Origin: Eledone cirrhosa
Lineage: Eukaryota
Length of the DNA stretch: 64,000 bases
NCBI GenBank assembly: GCA_964016885.1
Contig: OZ024742.1
Location: 196,912,001 to 196,976,000 of the forward strand
Direction: 5' to 3'
Shown: positions 1-15,900 of the stretch, one piece after another
Layout: each line of letters begins with the position of its first letter
Position numbering within the stretch: the first letter of the stretch is position 1
Program-made: the position numbers and the translations under genes
Notes under the pieces: model-generated
Databases searched by the model: none
Told to the model about the DNA's origin: nothing
Seen by the model: only the letters and a program-made list of their open reading frames with translations

Positions 1-483
1 AGTTGAAACTAATTCAAATTAGAACTGAAATGTTATATTCAACTTCCTGGAAGTAACAAGTAATGAAATATTGCATTCTGCTTTTTAATTCAGTTGAGAT
101 TAAATTCTACTCATTCCGAGATTATCCATGCGATCATATTGTCTATTTCTGTAATATATTCTCAACACTAAATGTAAGTTCAGTTATCAGATATTTATTA
201 TCTGAAGTAATTTGCACTAAATTACACTCGTTAATATTTCAAATTCAAGAACATATCCTTCATTTTAATATTAAAAAATATTCTTAAACTTTATATTCGT
301 TGATTTACCATTCAAGGTTTCAAGATTTGACACCAGTCTATTGATGCTCTCTAAACGCAACTGCATGCAACACACTTCCGATTGTAATCAGTACTACTCC
401 GCTTTCATTTTTAGTTTCAACAAAGGGCATAAAGATCCTATAACAAATGGGAGAAAGAATGGAGAATTTGTGACGATTATGCC

Positions 484-998
484 CTGGGCCGGATTTATAC
501 CTTGGGAGGCCCAGGGTATTTCAGGTTTGGGGTCCCCTCATACACAAAAAAATAGTATACACGGCAAACCCCCAATTTTACATTTTACGGGGGAGGGGAT
601 CCGTTCTGGAGTGAATGGAAGGGATAGTCCTTTTAGGATAATATTGTAGATGTGTCTAGGTGTTTCGGTTGCTTGTACAGTATTGTGTAGTCAGGGTTCG
701 ATTCAGACCTTGGTGGGAACGGGGCTCCTCAAGTTTTTTTTTGGGGGGGGGGGGGGGTTGTTCAAAGACAAAAAATTAGAATACACAGCAAACTCTCAAT
801 TTTTCATCAGCTTGGCACAAGTAATTGGAATTGAAAAGTTATACATACAAGTATTAAATTCAAAAATTCTAACCATCCTAAAACTAAAAAGCCCAGCAGA
901 TGGCTCAAATAAATTAGTACAACTGCCCGTTGGTGGAGCTCCCCACTGCAGGGGACTCGGGGCAATTGCCGCCTTTTTCCCCATCAAACCCGGCCCTG
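484..998. mobile_element. hAT-type non-autonomous DNA transposon; related inverted copy at 51097-51450
   Basis: TIR-like CTGGGCCGGATTT / AAACCCGGCCCTG. Shared internal sequence (cagcttggcacaagtaattggaatt) appears reverse-complemented at ~51270-51295. Confidence 0.6.
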
Positions 999-1339
999 AT
1001 CACGTGGAATCCGAACCATCTCACGGACTTGACTCTTCAGGAATTTACTTTGTGTTCAACGTCCCTCAGTTTACATAGGATTGTGAAGGAATAGAGAAAT
1101 ATGAAAACATATACTCGATTACTTTTTTTTACTGGTTTCCCTCATTCGACTGCGGCCATGCTGGAGTACCGCAGTGAACGGATTTAGTTGATCAGATCAA
1201 TCTCAATACTTTTCAAGCCTGCTACTTATATTATCGGATTCTTTTTGTCAAACCACCTTGGTACGAGCTATAAGTAAACAGTAAACGTAAACACATAGGT
1301 ATACACGTAGACACATAGATATACTTACATACATGCACA

Positions 1340-1530
1340 TGCACGCACACACTTGTACACAAACACACACACACACACACACTTACACAGACACAGACCC
1401 CACTTGCACACACACACACACACACACAGACAGACCCCACTTGCACACAAACACACACACACACACTCACACAGACCCCCCTCCCACTTGCACACACACA
1501 CACACACTCACACAGACACAGACCCCACTT

Positions 1531-1590
<60 letters not shown>

Positions 1591-1609
1591 ATACACAGAC
1601 CCCCCCTCC

Positions 1610-1641
<32 letters not shown>

Positions 1642-1705
1642 CTCACACAGACCCCACTTGCACACACACACACACACAGACCCCCCCTCACACACTCACA
1701 CACTT
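1340..1705. repeat. (CA)n compound repeat with recurring cagaccccacttg spacer
   Basis: Direct inspection. Confidence 0.9.
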
Positions 1706-2272
1706 ATATGTATCTATAATAAAATTAGGAAAATTAACAAGAAACACGAGGAACAAAAACACGGCAGAACGAAATAATAATTTTTTGAAGGGGATACCTT
1801 AACATTTTTTTTTTTTGTAAATAAGGAGACAAACGAAAGACACAGAACTCCAAGGCCTTCAGCCGTCGAGATGGACTTTCGCAATGTCGACCCCTACCGA
1901 CGGTACAGCTGGTCCACCCAGGGTCACAGCGTCTGTCACAAGCCAAAGGGCTGCCCATGGAGTAAAAGACAAGACAAAACAATAACTTATAGTGATTAAG
2001 CCATAACAGGTGACGTAGAATTTTATGTGACGAATAACCCATATATATATATATATATATATATTCCCGACCACCACCCCACTCTACAGAGCGTGAAATT
2101 AATAAACATTCGTTGTACTGCCTCTCTGTTTTGTTCCTGTTCAAATTTTCCATTATATATATATATATATATATATGTAGGAGGTGAGTTTTATTGTAGT
2201 ACAATAAAGCAATGCAGATATCGGATAAGAAGCACTCTACAGTTTGTGGGACTGGAGTATGCATAATATAAG

Positions 2273-2304
<32 letters not shown>

Positions 2305-2392
2305 ATACTTGGGGAGGGTCATATTTGTGTAATAATATTGCCAGAATTAATAATAGAACACACTCACTGTTTGGTTGGTTTTCGCTTCTGTG

Positions 2393-2458
<66 letters not shown>

Positions 2459-2549
2459 CACATATATATATATATATATAAAATTCCTGAGCGTGAATCT
2501 AATAAACATTTGTCGTACTGCCTCTCTGTTCTGTCCCTGTTCAATTTTT

Positions 2550-2609
<60 letters not shown>

Positions 2610-2629
2610 ATGTATATATATGTATATAT

Positions 2630-2663
<34 letters not shown>

Positions 2664-2677
2664 GTATATATATATAT

Positions 2678-2768
<91 letters not shown>

Positions 2769-4189
2769 CGATGGGCTTCTTCTTCACCCCCATTTCGTCT
2801 ACCAAATTCCACTCATAAGACAGACATCAATAGACATTGAACAGCGCGTTACGTCATGTCAAAAGATAAAGATTAATCTGAACTAACTTACAATTTACAA
2901 ACCGATCGATTGAAAAATGGGCCTCCGTCAGTTTAAACGATGAATTTTTCACTTGTTTAATTAACGAAAGAACCTGCTTATGAAATAAGTGTAACTAGGT
3001 GAACATTCCACTTCATAGACACGTGTATTCTTAACATAACCCTTAGTAAGATTCAGCGTGACAATGTGTGATATGGCTGTCCCTTTGAATTCTAGATACA
3101 ATCCATCTGATGAGGTTTCAACCAATTTCTGTCTTCCCAGTTTCACTCACAAGATTACCACCAAATGGGATAGAACCCAGGACCTAATGATTGTGAAGCG
3201 AACGTCTTAACCATGCTGCGTCCACCATGAACAAATACACATTCATTCAATCGACTATTTGTGAAATTTAAACTGTCATAAATATCAGATCTAACTTTTC
3301 TCAACCAACTATTTCTCTCTCTATAAATATACATATATATACACGCATACATACATACATACATACATACAAACATACATTTATAAATACGAAGAGGTAA
3401 CTAGACGAAACCGCCGAGCTCGCGGTAGATCCTCTCCTATATATATATATATACATACACACACACACACGTACATATAAATATCTATATGACAAAACTA
3501 CAAACTCTTTCAAAATATCAAATATATTGGAACCAATTATTGCTGAATACTAAACGATATGTCAAAATTTAATTATAATGAATATAACATCACATTTGTA
3601 CCCGACAAAATATCAGTCCTTAATTAATTACTAATTCATCAGAATTAGGAAATTATAGCAACTTACAAAAAAGAAATCCCCTTCAGACACAAAGGAGAAC
3701 ATAAATAGAGTTTAGTACATTCCGTCTTTTTAATTATTCATGGATTAGTGACTGATCTAAGTAACAAGATTTAAAATTAAATCAAAATTTGAAGTTATAT
3801 ATATAATTAAGACCACCAATTGCCTGAAGATGAACGTAAATATATCTACAACGAACCAAAGCTATCCACGAAATCAAGCAAATGCAATCCCAAAACTCAT
3901 ATAAGGCCTCACTCATAAGACTCATACTAGAGTAAGGAAAAGTAAAAACCCATATAAAGCCCCATTCACATGACCCATACCAGAGTAAGGAAAAGTAAAA
4001 ACCCATATAAAGCCCCATTCACATGACCCATACCAGAGTAAGGAAATGTAAAAATCCCACACAACCTTCTAAACCATGTCCCAACTCTTCTGGCAAAACA
4101 ACCACAAACCTGCAACAATTACAGCTATGGGGAAGATGGACGTCATCATGCTGCAACCGTCATATTACATAGTTTTTATAATAATAATT

Positions 4190-4800
4190 GTTTCTATTTT
4201 AGGCACAAGGCCAGCAATATTTCAGTGTATTACTGGTACTTTATTTTATCGACCCCGTAAGGATGATAAGCAAAGTTAACCTCGGCGGGATTTGAACTCA
4301 GATCATAACGGTTTCTGATTTAGGCAGAATGTCAGCAATTTTTGGGGAGGGGAAAGTCGATTAAATCTACCGCAGTGCATTACTGCTACTTTATTTTATC
4401 GACCACGTAAGGATGAAAGGCAAAGCTAACCTCAGCAGGATTTGATCTCAGAACATAACCAATAATAATTATGTCTTAAGGCTCACATTAAGAAAACACT
4501 AAAGACGGTACTGGACGATACAGTGTGGGGTTTTTGTGTAAAATAAACTTTAATATTTAAAAAAGAAACAAGCATAAACAAGTCCCCAAAACTGGGGAGA
4601 CTGTAAGGGACATTTGTGGAGAAAGCCCACAAATAACCACGGTCACCCTGTCCGCTAGGTTAAAGTGCCTCCTCTCAGTTGTTCTAATATTTTTTGGCGG
4701 CGGGGCCGACTGGAAAGTCGATTAAATCGATCCCAGTGCGTAACTTTATTTTATCGACCCCATAAAGATGAAAGTCAAAACTACCCTCGGCAGGATATAA
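4190..4800 (-). mobile_element. Cluster of three tRNA-derived SINE copies (abundant octopus-like family)
   Basis: Recurrent tttattttatcgacccc.taaggatgaaaggcaaag.taacctcggcgggatttgaactcag; the reverse complement contains a B-box-like GTTCAAATCC. Confidence 0.8.
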
Positions 4801-4995
4801 TCTTATATAGTGGTTGAAATTATATATATAGGGGTTAAATCGTAATATCATGGATTCGATTCCTGGACCGGATGATGTGTTGTACTCCCGAGCAAAACAT
4901 TTCCATGTACATGACTCCAGTCAGCTCAGTCGAAAATGAGTCGCAGTAGTAATGAAGGTTAACCCCACGGTAGTGGTATGAATGCAGAGGTAGAG

Positions 4996-5033
<38 letters not shown>

Positions 5034-5190
5034 TTTATTTTTAAATGTTCTCATTCCTTGTATTTTGATCATGCTTTATTTTTATTTATTATTTATTATA
5101 TTTTTGTCTTTATTTGTTAATTTTTCATTCGCACCGTTTCCTTTCGCTATATGTCTCTCCACCACTCCCCTACACACCTTTTGAACTCTT

Positions 5191-5222
5191 ACCTGAAGAA
5201 GGGCTTATGCCCGAAACGTCGT
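5191..5222 (+). ncRNA. Minimal hammerhead at the head of a short repeated element
   Basis: AC-CTGAAGA-a gggc ttat gccc-GAAA-CG-TC-GT. Stem I is only 2 bp. Confidence 0.6.
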
Positions 5223-5309
5223 CCTCCACCTACCCCCCACTCTCCTGAGCGTGAATCTAATAAACATTTGTCGTACTGCCTCTCTGTTCTGTCCCTGTTC
5301 AATTTTTTT

Positions 5310-5365
<56 letters not shown>

Positions 5366-5368
<3 letters not shown>

Positions 5369-5921
5369 GGAGCAAAGATTGGGAATACGGAAGATGATGT
5401 GGTTGAGAGGAAGAGCAAGGCCTGGGCGGCGTGCCACAGCTTGAGATCGGTGTGGAAGTCGGACCTTCGTAGAGACCTGAAGGTCCGCCTCTTCATTGCT
5501 GTAGTGGAGTCTGTGGTGGTGTATGGGTCTGAGACTTGGACACTGACCAAGAAACTCACTCAGATGGTGGATGGGTGCTACACGAGAATGCCGAGGATGG
5601 CTCTGAACATTAATCAGTATACACTGAGGATGAAAAAATCAGAGCTGTATGGGAGCCTCCCAAGAGTCAGCTCGAGTGTAGCCCTGGGGAGACTGAGGTT
5701 AGCTGTACATTCTCAACGACATACAGAGTTGACACTGCACTCAGTTCTCCTTTGGGAGCCCCTACATGGACACACTAGAAGAGGAAGACCAAGGTTAACG
5801 TATGTTGATGCCCTAAGGACAGACACTGGTCTGTTGGAGACGCAGGACATGGCAGCGATAATGAGGGACAGAGACCGCTGGAGAGAACTCGTCCATGGAT
5901 CTCGGGAATTTTACCCGCCTT

Positions 5922-5923
<2 letters not shown>
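5366..5923 (+). mobile_element. RTE-clade LINE 3' fragment inserted in (TA)n
   Basis: LKVRLFIAVVESVVVYGSETWTLT, RLRLAVH, LLWEPLHG..RRGRPRLTYVD are typical RTE C-terminal motifs. (TA)n lies on both sides. Confidence 0.85.
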
Positions 5924-5996
<73 letters not shown>

Positions 5997-6195
5997 CTTA
6001 AATATAAACTATCGAAGCGCTGGGAAATATGAAATTCTTTATAGAATATATAAGAATCCTAAACGCAGAAAGACTGTAGCGACAGCCGATTGCTTTTAAA
6101 AAAAGTCTAGAAAATCGGGTAGAATACCCATACCATATTATTGGAAAAATGCGGTCAATAACCGCGCAAAGATTCAGAGATATATACCCCCCCCC

Positions 6196-6245
<50 letters not shown>

Positions 6246-6265
6246 GGGGTATATATATCTCTGAA

Positions 6266-7690
<1,425 letters not shown>

Positions 7691-7902
7691 TATATATATA
7701 TACAAGTGGAAGCTTAGTAAAATCGAAGCTTTGACTGTGGCCAAGCAAAGTCGACCTACAATAAGGAATGAGTAGCAAAGCACTCAATAAGGGTTAGGTC
7801 CTTAGAGTAATAACATTACGTTTAAATAGCTTGACAAATTGAAAATTGCAGTAGGCAAAACCCAACCATTACAGTACCAAAACAACGAAAGAACTAATCA
7901 GG

Positions 7903-7988
<86 letters not shown>

Positions 7989-8456
7989 GAAAAGATTAAG
8001 GACCCTGACAGCTGAGCTCCGGCCGTTTCGACAGCTGCTCTCAGCCGTCGGTGTCCCGAATCTTTTCATATTACCCACTCTACTATCCCAAGTATCGAAT
8101 ACTCTGGTGCGTTATGGTCCACCTGGTATAACCGCACTCTCTTTGTTTTATATGTATATATATATATATAAACTAGCAGAATACACGGTATTACCCAGGC
8201 TGTAAAAACTATAAGTGTACCAGAATTGTTCCTAATAAAGATATATTCAGTTTAATAGAAAACTATTGGATTTTTCTTGAAATGTTAGCTTTTATGAAAG
8301 AATTCTTTTTTTAATGTTTATAAGATTCTGGTGTCTAATTCAAATAGCGTACTGCATAATTTGTGTAAATGCCATGTAGCAGAATGTCTACATGAAATTC
8401 AACAATATATCGTTGGGTTTGAAGAAGTCATAGAGGATGTATTTGAATTACTAGAG

Positions 8457-8604
8457 CAGGCACGGGCAACCCTTTTCGGGTAGTGGGCCGCATAGAATGT
8501 GGTTTATCATAAGGTGGGCCGCACTACTAAAACAAAATCAGTGCAATTTTGAAATTAGTCGTGCCATTCAAATAGCCAAACGGGCCGCAGTTTGCTCATG
8601 ACTG
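8457..8604. mobile_element. hAT-Charlie-like MITE
   Basis: CAGGCACGGGCAAC ... GTTTGCTCATGACTG with repeated GGGCCGCA subterminal motifs. TSD is unclear. Confidence 0.55.
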
Positions 8605-9059
8605 ACTATACTAGAGTCTCATGTAGAAGGTTTGTGTAGTAAGGAGCCGATGGTGTGAGAACAAGAAGACGATATAGAAGATCTACCTACTCCACTTACG
8701 ATGAGAGTAAACATATTGCTAAAGGCTTGGCACTTAGATGAATGTCTGCAATATTTTGCTGATAATGAACTTAACCGTGAAAGTTAACAAACATTACAAG
8801 AGGAGTTCATAATGAACTCAGTTCTTCCTACACTAAGCTTTTACAAGGAGGTGGCACACGGTAAACATTAGACCGCTTTGGATAAGTTCTTCACCCACCA
8901 CAAGTAGATATTGATGATGATGAAATAGCACTCTCAATGCAGTACCTCTATATATAGCAGTCAGCATGTTTTGTGGCGAGAACTCCCCTATATTATAATT
9001 CTTATTTATTCCTTAATGTTTCATTTCAATATATATATTGGTAAAGGGTAAAGATCTTC

Positions 9060-9375
9060 TTCGGTCACGAATCACTATGGGATTTGTACCTAGATATTTC
9101 CCCTCTAAGGCACAAATCCTGGCAAAATTGTTTGTGGAAGACCAGTAGTCGCCCATGCATACCAGCCGCCCCTCTCCACGTCTCCAATGTTGTCCAAGGA
9201 AAAAACAATGGCCGATACAACTTGGCAACTTGGCACCAGTCACATCGCAACTCATTTCTACAGCTGAGTAAACTGAACAACGTGAAATAAAGTATCTTTT
9301 CATGGACACAACGCATCACCCGGTCCGAGAATCTAACTCACAACCACCTGATTGCAAGCTCAATGCTCTTACCAC
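9060..9375 (-). mobile_element. Second SINE family (tRNA head + Deu/Nin-like domain); further copies at ~4830, 13590, 21685, 50530, 51600, 59615
   Basis: Shared gtccttgagcaaga..ctttatttcacgttgctccag...actcagctg motif downstream of gagttcgattcc. Domain assignment is from memory of the consensus. Confidence 0.65.
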
Positions 9376-9993
9376 CAAATCATACTGTATTGCGCGTGTT
9401 TAAAAATTATAAGTGGTTGTATTGCACGTTGCTTCTGTTTTTTGTTGTTTTTCCCTTCGAAAAACAATCCGTTGAAGCGTACCTCAATTTATATCATGAA
9501 AGTTAATAGGAAATATGTTTCACGTAACGGTAAGATTTTTTTAGGAATGCAATACTTCCATAACGCAGTGGGTGCTTGTATTAACTCTTAACATCCTGTA
9601 AGAATTTAGCAAAAAATATCTACAAACGGTTTAGTTAATTTAATTGGTTATAGTATCTTTACAGGTTTATTGAGAATATTTGCAGTATTAAAGTAACTTT
9701 TTTTACTTTTTTTAATGTGATGCAGTCATAACGCTGTTTTATACTCCTCAAGAATGTCTTACAAATGTGGTCGTATGCGGTACAGGACGTTAGGAATTAA
9801 CAGAATAGAATATGTAAATAGAAATAGATGATATCAATAGAAGTAGTAGGAATTTATTTGATTGAATATATAGTATTTTGATAAATGATGATAACAGAGG
9901 AGACGTTTTTAACAATGAAAATACTATAGGAATAATATACTAGAAGCTAGAAAACCATAAAAATGCAACAAAGACGGTCAGCAGAAATATCAG

Positions 9994-10028
<35 letters not shown>

Positions 10029-10623
10029 CAATGAACCGACCTGCCACCCGGCCTACCCTTCACACCCTTCTACTTTGATCACTGGCCACGTGATGTTTTT
10101 CACCCCTTTTGGATTCGTTACTGGCGGCGATCACTTTAGAAACTTTAGTCCTAACTGAGGGAGTCCCTTGAAAAGATCGAAGCCTCATGGATAATACCAC
10201 GATTGGACATATCCACAAAGTACGAGCGAAATTATCGATCGTCGGGACTAGAAGAACTTTGGTAAAGTTTATATGTATTTTTTCTTCAAACTTACATTTT
10301 AGACATAGCTCCGTTTAATTGATTATTTGTCTAGTTAATTTCTACGGAGTAAGAGGAAAGACTAGGTAAATTTTATCTGGCTGTTCCTCACAGAGGAAAG
10401 TCTGTGACATTTATCTGTTATTTCTTCAAAGTTACATTTTAAACTTAGTTCCGTTTAAATGATTATTTATCTAGTTAATTTCTACGGGCTAAGGAGGAGA
10501 AAAATTGGATATATTTTGTCTGACTGTTCTTCAAACTTATAATTATATTCGGTTCTTATATATTTGATATATATTTTCCTTATCGAGCCCTCTTTGGATT
10601 TTAGTCTTCAATTTTATTATTAT

Positions 10624-10685
<62 letters not shown>

Positions 10686-11479
10686 CAACCAGAGTAAGTG
10701 GATTTATAAGAATGTTTTAGCTGAAGAGCTTGACTGAATGGCTCGTGTTTAGTCTGTCTTCATCTTTGTCGGTAGATAACAACTAAAAATCCGGTGCACG
10801 GAATGTTGACTGCTTATCTGGCGACAGTATCTGTTAACTAATGCAATAAAACGAAGACATTAGGGCAAAATAGTCGCCACTAAATGTGATGAATGATTTG
10901 ACAATTTAAACAAATATAGATTTTTTAACTTGTAAACATATCTCATTATGGGGACAGACTTCGCCTTGTGCATGGAATAATTTTCTTTATTCTTTTACTG
11001 ATTTTGTCATATTAGACAGTTGTTATGCCGGGGTACCGCCTTTAACGAGTCTATATCGAGCCCAGTACTTCACTGGGTTTTAAATTTTATCTAGATCAGA
11101 ATGACGAAAGTTAAATTCAACCTGGGTGGGATTTAAACACATGCACATCACATTTATACTAAACAAATATAAGTGCTTTGTTGTCAGAAATCATTATCAG
11201 TTGGTAGAGCTTATTTTCAACTGTTCTTCATAATAATACAAACATTAAGAACTGAAAATACAGTAACAATGTGTAGATCTTAATACTAATATAATAGATT
11301 CATAGATATGGATTAATTGATTAAAACTCAGTACTTCAAAGGTACTTTGTTTCATCTACCCCCCCAAAGGATGAAAGGCAAAGTTGACGTCGATGGGATT
11401 TGAATTCAGAAACGTAAAGAGCTGCAACTAAGTACGGCAAGGCATTTTCCCGACGCCCTAGTCCCCAAACACTCCTTCT

Positions 11480-11730
11480 AGCGGATTCTGTCAGAAGCAA
11501 CTGTCTCCAACTGATCCGACTTGATCCCCAAGAGGGACCAGCCAAGCTCATGGGATGTTATCCAACTATCTTGCTCGGGGTCAACCGTCGGGTATCCTGC
11601 TGGCTGGTTTTGCTCGTAAAATCTATCCAGCGATTCTTTCCTGAGACATTCTAACCACATGCCCATAGTATCGGAGCTGGCCTCATATCTGACAAGAAAA
11701 ATACTAACTGGACTCTTATCCATATAATTA
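11480..11730 (-). mobile_element. Degenerate RTE-type LINE C-terminal fragment
   Basis: Minus frame QLRYYGHVVRMSQERIA..IL.AKP...G.PR resembles the LRW.GHV.RM...GRPR motif. Confidence 0.6.
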
Positions 11731-14089
11731 CGCAGTGTTTTCATCGAATATTCATTTTTACGTTCTATGCTCGTGTTCCAAATAAAAGCATAAAACAAAT
11801 TTTGATTTATTCCATCACCTTATCTTATAATTTCTTACATTGCCACAAGGCACACATATCGTGCGATGAGTATAGTCAAATCAACTTCAGTTCTAGACTG
11901 ATACTTTATTTTATCGGCCCTTAGAGAGAGAGAGAGATATATATAGGGTGTTGGTGTCAAACTGGATTTGACCTCAATACTACAAAGTCTTATACCGAGC
12001 ATACACTACTGTCTCTAACACTTCGCAGCGACTCATCTCATATCTTTATATAACAGAATTCATTTCTTCAAAAACGAATATCCTTCCACAATTCAGAAGT
12101 TGCATATATATTTACCTATAAAAGACAATAAGCAAGTACTTAGCGTGTCCATAAACTAGCTATTATCTAACATTTACTCGGAAAATGAGCGTCCACGCAT
12201 TTCCACGCTCCCACATATTGCACGGATGCATACGTGTAAAAAAGAAAATGAAAGATTTTATTTTAATGAAAAACAAAATAAAAAAATATCAATATTGTTT
12301 TAGAGAAAATATAAAAAAAATGAGAGAAAATTAAGTATTCATAGCAGGGAAAATTAATTCAAGAAAAATAACTAAAAGAAATGGAGTCTGAATATTGCAG
12401 ACTGTTTGCGAATTAGGAAACTGCTTTGTAGGCACGTCTAAAATAATAATTAGTTGACCTTATAAAGAGAAAATGCTAACGTTGCTATATAGAGCCCCCC
12501 AAACAATGGGTAGCTGAGATGTACTGGGATTGATAAAGAAGAATGAAAAAATGTCTGAAGCTTCAATAAATTATAAATGCTAAATTAGACAAGTTTATGG
12601 TAGAAAAGGAGGTAAATAGAATTAAATAATGGAGAAGCTGGAAGGTTGGTATGGCAAAAAATACAAATGAATAAAGAAAGATACAAAAAAACTGAATATA
12701 TATATATAAAAAAAGCATACGTGTGTATGTGTGTGTATGTATTACACAGCAAATTTTAAATAGAGAAACAAAAAAAAAAAAAGAAATGAGAAAATGAGAA
12801 AAAAAAACGAAAAGGAAAGAAAGATGAGGTGTGAAACAATTTGACTGATGTAGTTTCTTTAAAGATAGAGAGACGAATTTGAGTGGAAATAAGGACGGAG
12901 AAAAAACAAAAACAAAAAGAAACAACAAAAAACAAAAACAACACCAATTAAAGAACAAAAAAAAAATCAACCACCCAAACAACTAAACATAACTTAAGGG
13001 GAAATAAATAAATTAAAGCAACATATGTTGTAGAGTTTTTCAGACTTGTTTTTTAATTATTTGGTAAAATTAACATAAAAACAGGTGCTAAGTCACATTT
13101 ACTCCATTTATAGCCACAGAAAGTTTCCTTTTTATTAGCAATTTTGCAGCAACGAAGACTGGGTCATTGGATTCATCTGTGCCTGTTTATCCCCACACCC
13201 AGATTTTACATTAAATGGAATTTTTATCATAATGGGATAAAGAACAAAATTTCTTACTAGAATATGAAAAAAATACGATTAATAGTTATGAAAACCTCAT
13301 GTCAACAAGAGGATCTTTATATGGTGACTCTATCTGCTAGAAACAACACCTAAAGTTATCTCAAATTACACTCTATTGTTTTAAATAGTAAAGACACATG
13401 GAACAATGCAGAACTGATATACAAAATAAAGATATACTCGTGACATGTGATCATAGTTCTGATAGATAAAGACTGAATTATACAAATATTAATTACATGA
13501 AACATTTGTGATCACAAAATTTCGAGGTTCTGCTCTATATATTTGCTGGATTACGCTTTATTGAATTTTATGATGATTTGACTTATTAGTGGGTTAGAGC
13601 ATTGTGCTTGCAATCTGGAGGTTGTGAGTTTGATTCTCAATAAATAAATAAATGCTCATGCATGACAATTTATTTCATGTTGCTCCAGTTTACTCAGCTC
13701 TAGAAATGAGTTGCGAGGTCACTGGTGCCAGGCTATATCGGCCATTGCCTTTTCCTTGGAAAACATCGGTGGCATGAATGATTATGTAGGTGTGGCGAGC
13801 CACATATATTCTAGCCATGAGAAAAAGCAAAATGAATGCTTCACCTTCGAAAGAGGGATGTCTCAAGAAGAAGAAGACTTATTACACTGAAAGCCTCAAA
13901 AATGCCCCTCCTGGTACTGTTTTTGTATATAGTGAAATCATTTTGATTATTCTGAATGAATGTATGAGAGTGTAACTCTTGATGGTATCATAGGTGCATT
14001 TTAAACCTGTCGGAGCCCATCGTCTCAACGGGTCTGAACACAGCCGATTATTTCCAGAGAAAGAAAGAGAGAGTGAAGGAGAGGAAATG

Positions 14090-15900
14090 AGAAAGAGAGG
14101 AAGAATCGATCCCAGTACTGGACTTGTACTTTTTTTCATAGACCTTGAAAGTATGAAAGGTAAAGTTGACGGGATTCGAACTCAAGAAGTGCAAACAACC
14201 GGAATGAATAAAGCAAAGTATTCCATTCATCGTTCTAACGACCCTGCCAATTCACCACCTTTTTATTGTGATTATTGTTGCTGATAAAATGGCGGGGGAT
14301 TGGCAGCATCGGTAGAGCGTCAAACAACATGCTTTGTGGTATACGTAGAGTGACGGCCTTCTACGTTATGAGTTCAAATCCCACCGAGGTTAGCTTTGAC
14401 TTTCATCCTTACGAGGAAATAAAGTACCAGTAATAGACTGGAGTCGATTTAATCGACTTTCCCTTCCCCCAAAATTGTTGGCCTTGTGTCTAGACCAGAA
14501 ACCATTATTGTCGATAAAATATTTCTATGCAATTGTGCATTATCAGATAAATTCGTTTAAGGCCATCCTATTGAAGCTACAGAATTGAATAAATATCAGA
14601 ATAAATCTTGATACGTCACTTAGAAAGTCACCTTTTTGTAAAAAGAACTGGACCGGCATTAATAAGGCTTTCTACTATAGGCACAAGGCCAGCAATTTTT
14701 GGGGAGGAGGGGAAAGTCGATTAAATCGACATCAGTGCATTACTGGTGCTTTATTTTATCGATCCCGTAAGGATGAAAGGCAAAGCTAACCTAGGCGGGA
14801 TTTGAACTCAGAACGTAAAGGACCATAACTCTATGCTGCAGAGCATGGTGTCTGACGCTCCAATCCACCGTCCTTAGACCAGGATTAATATCTCGTAATA
14901 TCTAGCTACGTATAACTAAGTGTAGTCGAATGGCAGAATCAGTTGAGCATCGGACAAATGCCTTGCGGTTTTTGTTTCAGCTCTATACGTTCTGAGTTCA
15001 AATCCTGTAGAAGTCCATTTTAACGGGATCGATCAAGTAATAGAGTCAATTCTACTCTTTCTCTCACTTTGTCCAGCTCTCTGTTTCTCCTCTGTCCCCC
15101 TCTATCTGTTCTCTCCTACACACGCACAACCACACTACCTACCAGAATCGGTTGCACTGTACGAGGGTTGTGGGAAACTACTCTTAGAATTCCTTGCACA
15201 CCCTCCCGAATTACAGAAGCTAACATCGTCTTCTCATCTAGCATGAAACAAAAACCCTCAAAAGAAGCAGCTATGCCGGACATAGACATTTGATGACAAA
15301 AAAACAAAAGAAAACAAAACAACAACAACAAAACACCCAGCGATAGCTGTGATGTCGACATAGATGGTCTGATAACAAAAAACACCCGAAAATAGCAGTA
15401 GTAGTGGGCATTGGCGGATTAGTATGTTTCACAGCACGGAATTGTTTAAGAAAAAAACATAAAAATATTTCTAGAGACATATTGAAATTATTCAAATGGT
15501 TGTTGACGTTCATCAAAGACATCGAAGTCACAATCAACATGTTTTAGGAGTATACTCGTATATCACTGCACTATATAATGCATTCTTCTCTTTTTAAGAT
15601 GATAGGAAGACATTGTCATTCCTAGCTTGTCAGGCACCACGTTCAAATTTATTTGTTGGTCCATGAATTCGAATGCAAGGTAAATGTTTATTTGGGTCTC
15701 ATATAATTATTTCTAATTTAGGCGCAAAGCCAGACATTTCTGGGGAGGGAAAAGTCGATTATATTAACCTCCAGTATTTTACTGGTGCTTTATCTTATCG
15801 ACCCCAGAAGGATAAAAGGCAAAGTTGACCTTGGCGGGATTTGAACTCAGAATGTAAAACATTTTGTCCAATGCTCTAATGATTCTGCCATTCCGCTCAC
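14090..15900. mobile_element. Cluster of five copies of the same SINE family, both orientations
   Basis: Copies at ~14100 (-), 14290-14510 (+, with A/B-box-like head), 14665-14880 (-), 14920-15040 (+) and 15705-15900 (-). Confidence 0.8.

Noticed and set aside
1231-1802. HT/CV-repeat ORFs (also 21372-21696 and 25414-25816)
   Set aside because: (CA)n microsatellite artefacts.
3105-3130. CTGATGA cores here and at 803, 1033, 3636, 10721, 16904, 44252 and 61212
   Set aside because: No properly placed GAAA, stem III or stem I partner; expected by chance.
3820-3882. Hammerhead-like TTGC-CTGAAGA...GAAA..GCAA
   Set aside because: No UH before stem I and stem II is not convincingly paired.
14295-14390. 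tRNA genes at SINE heads
   Set aside because: A/B-box-like motifs run into SINE bodies; no complete cloverleaf.
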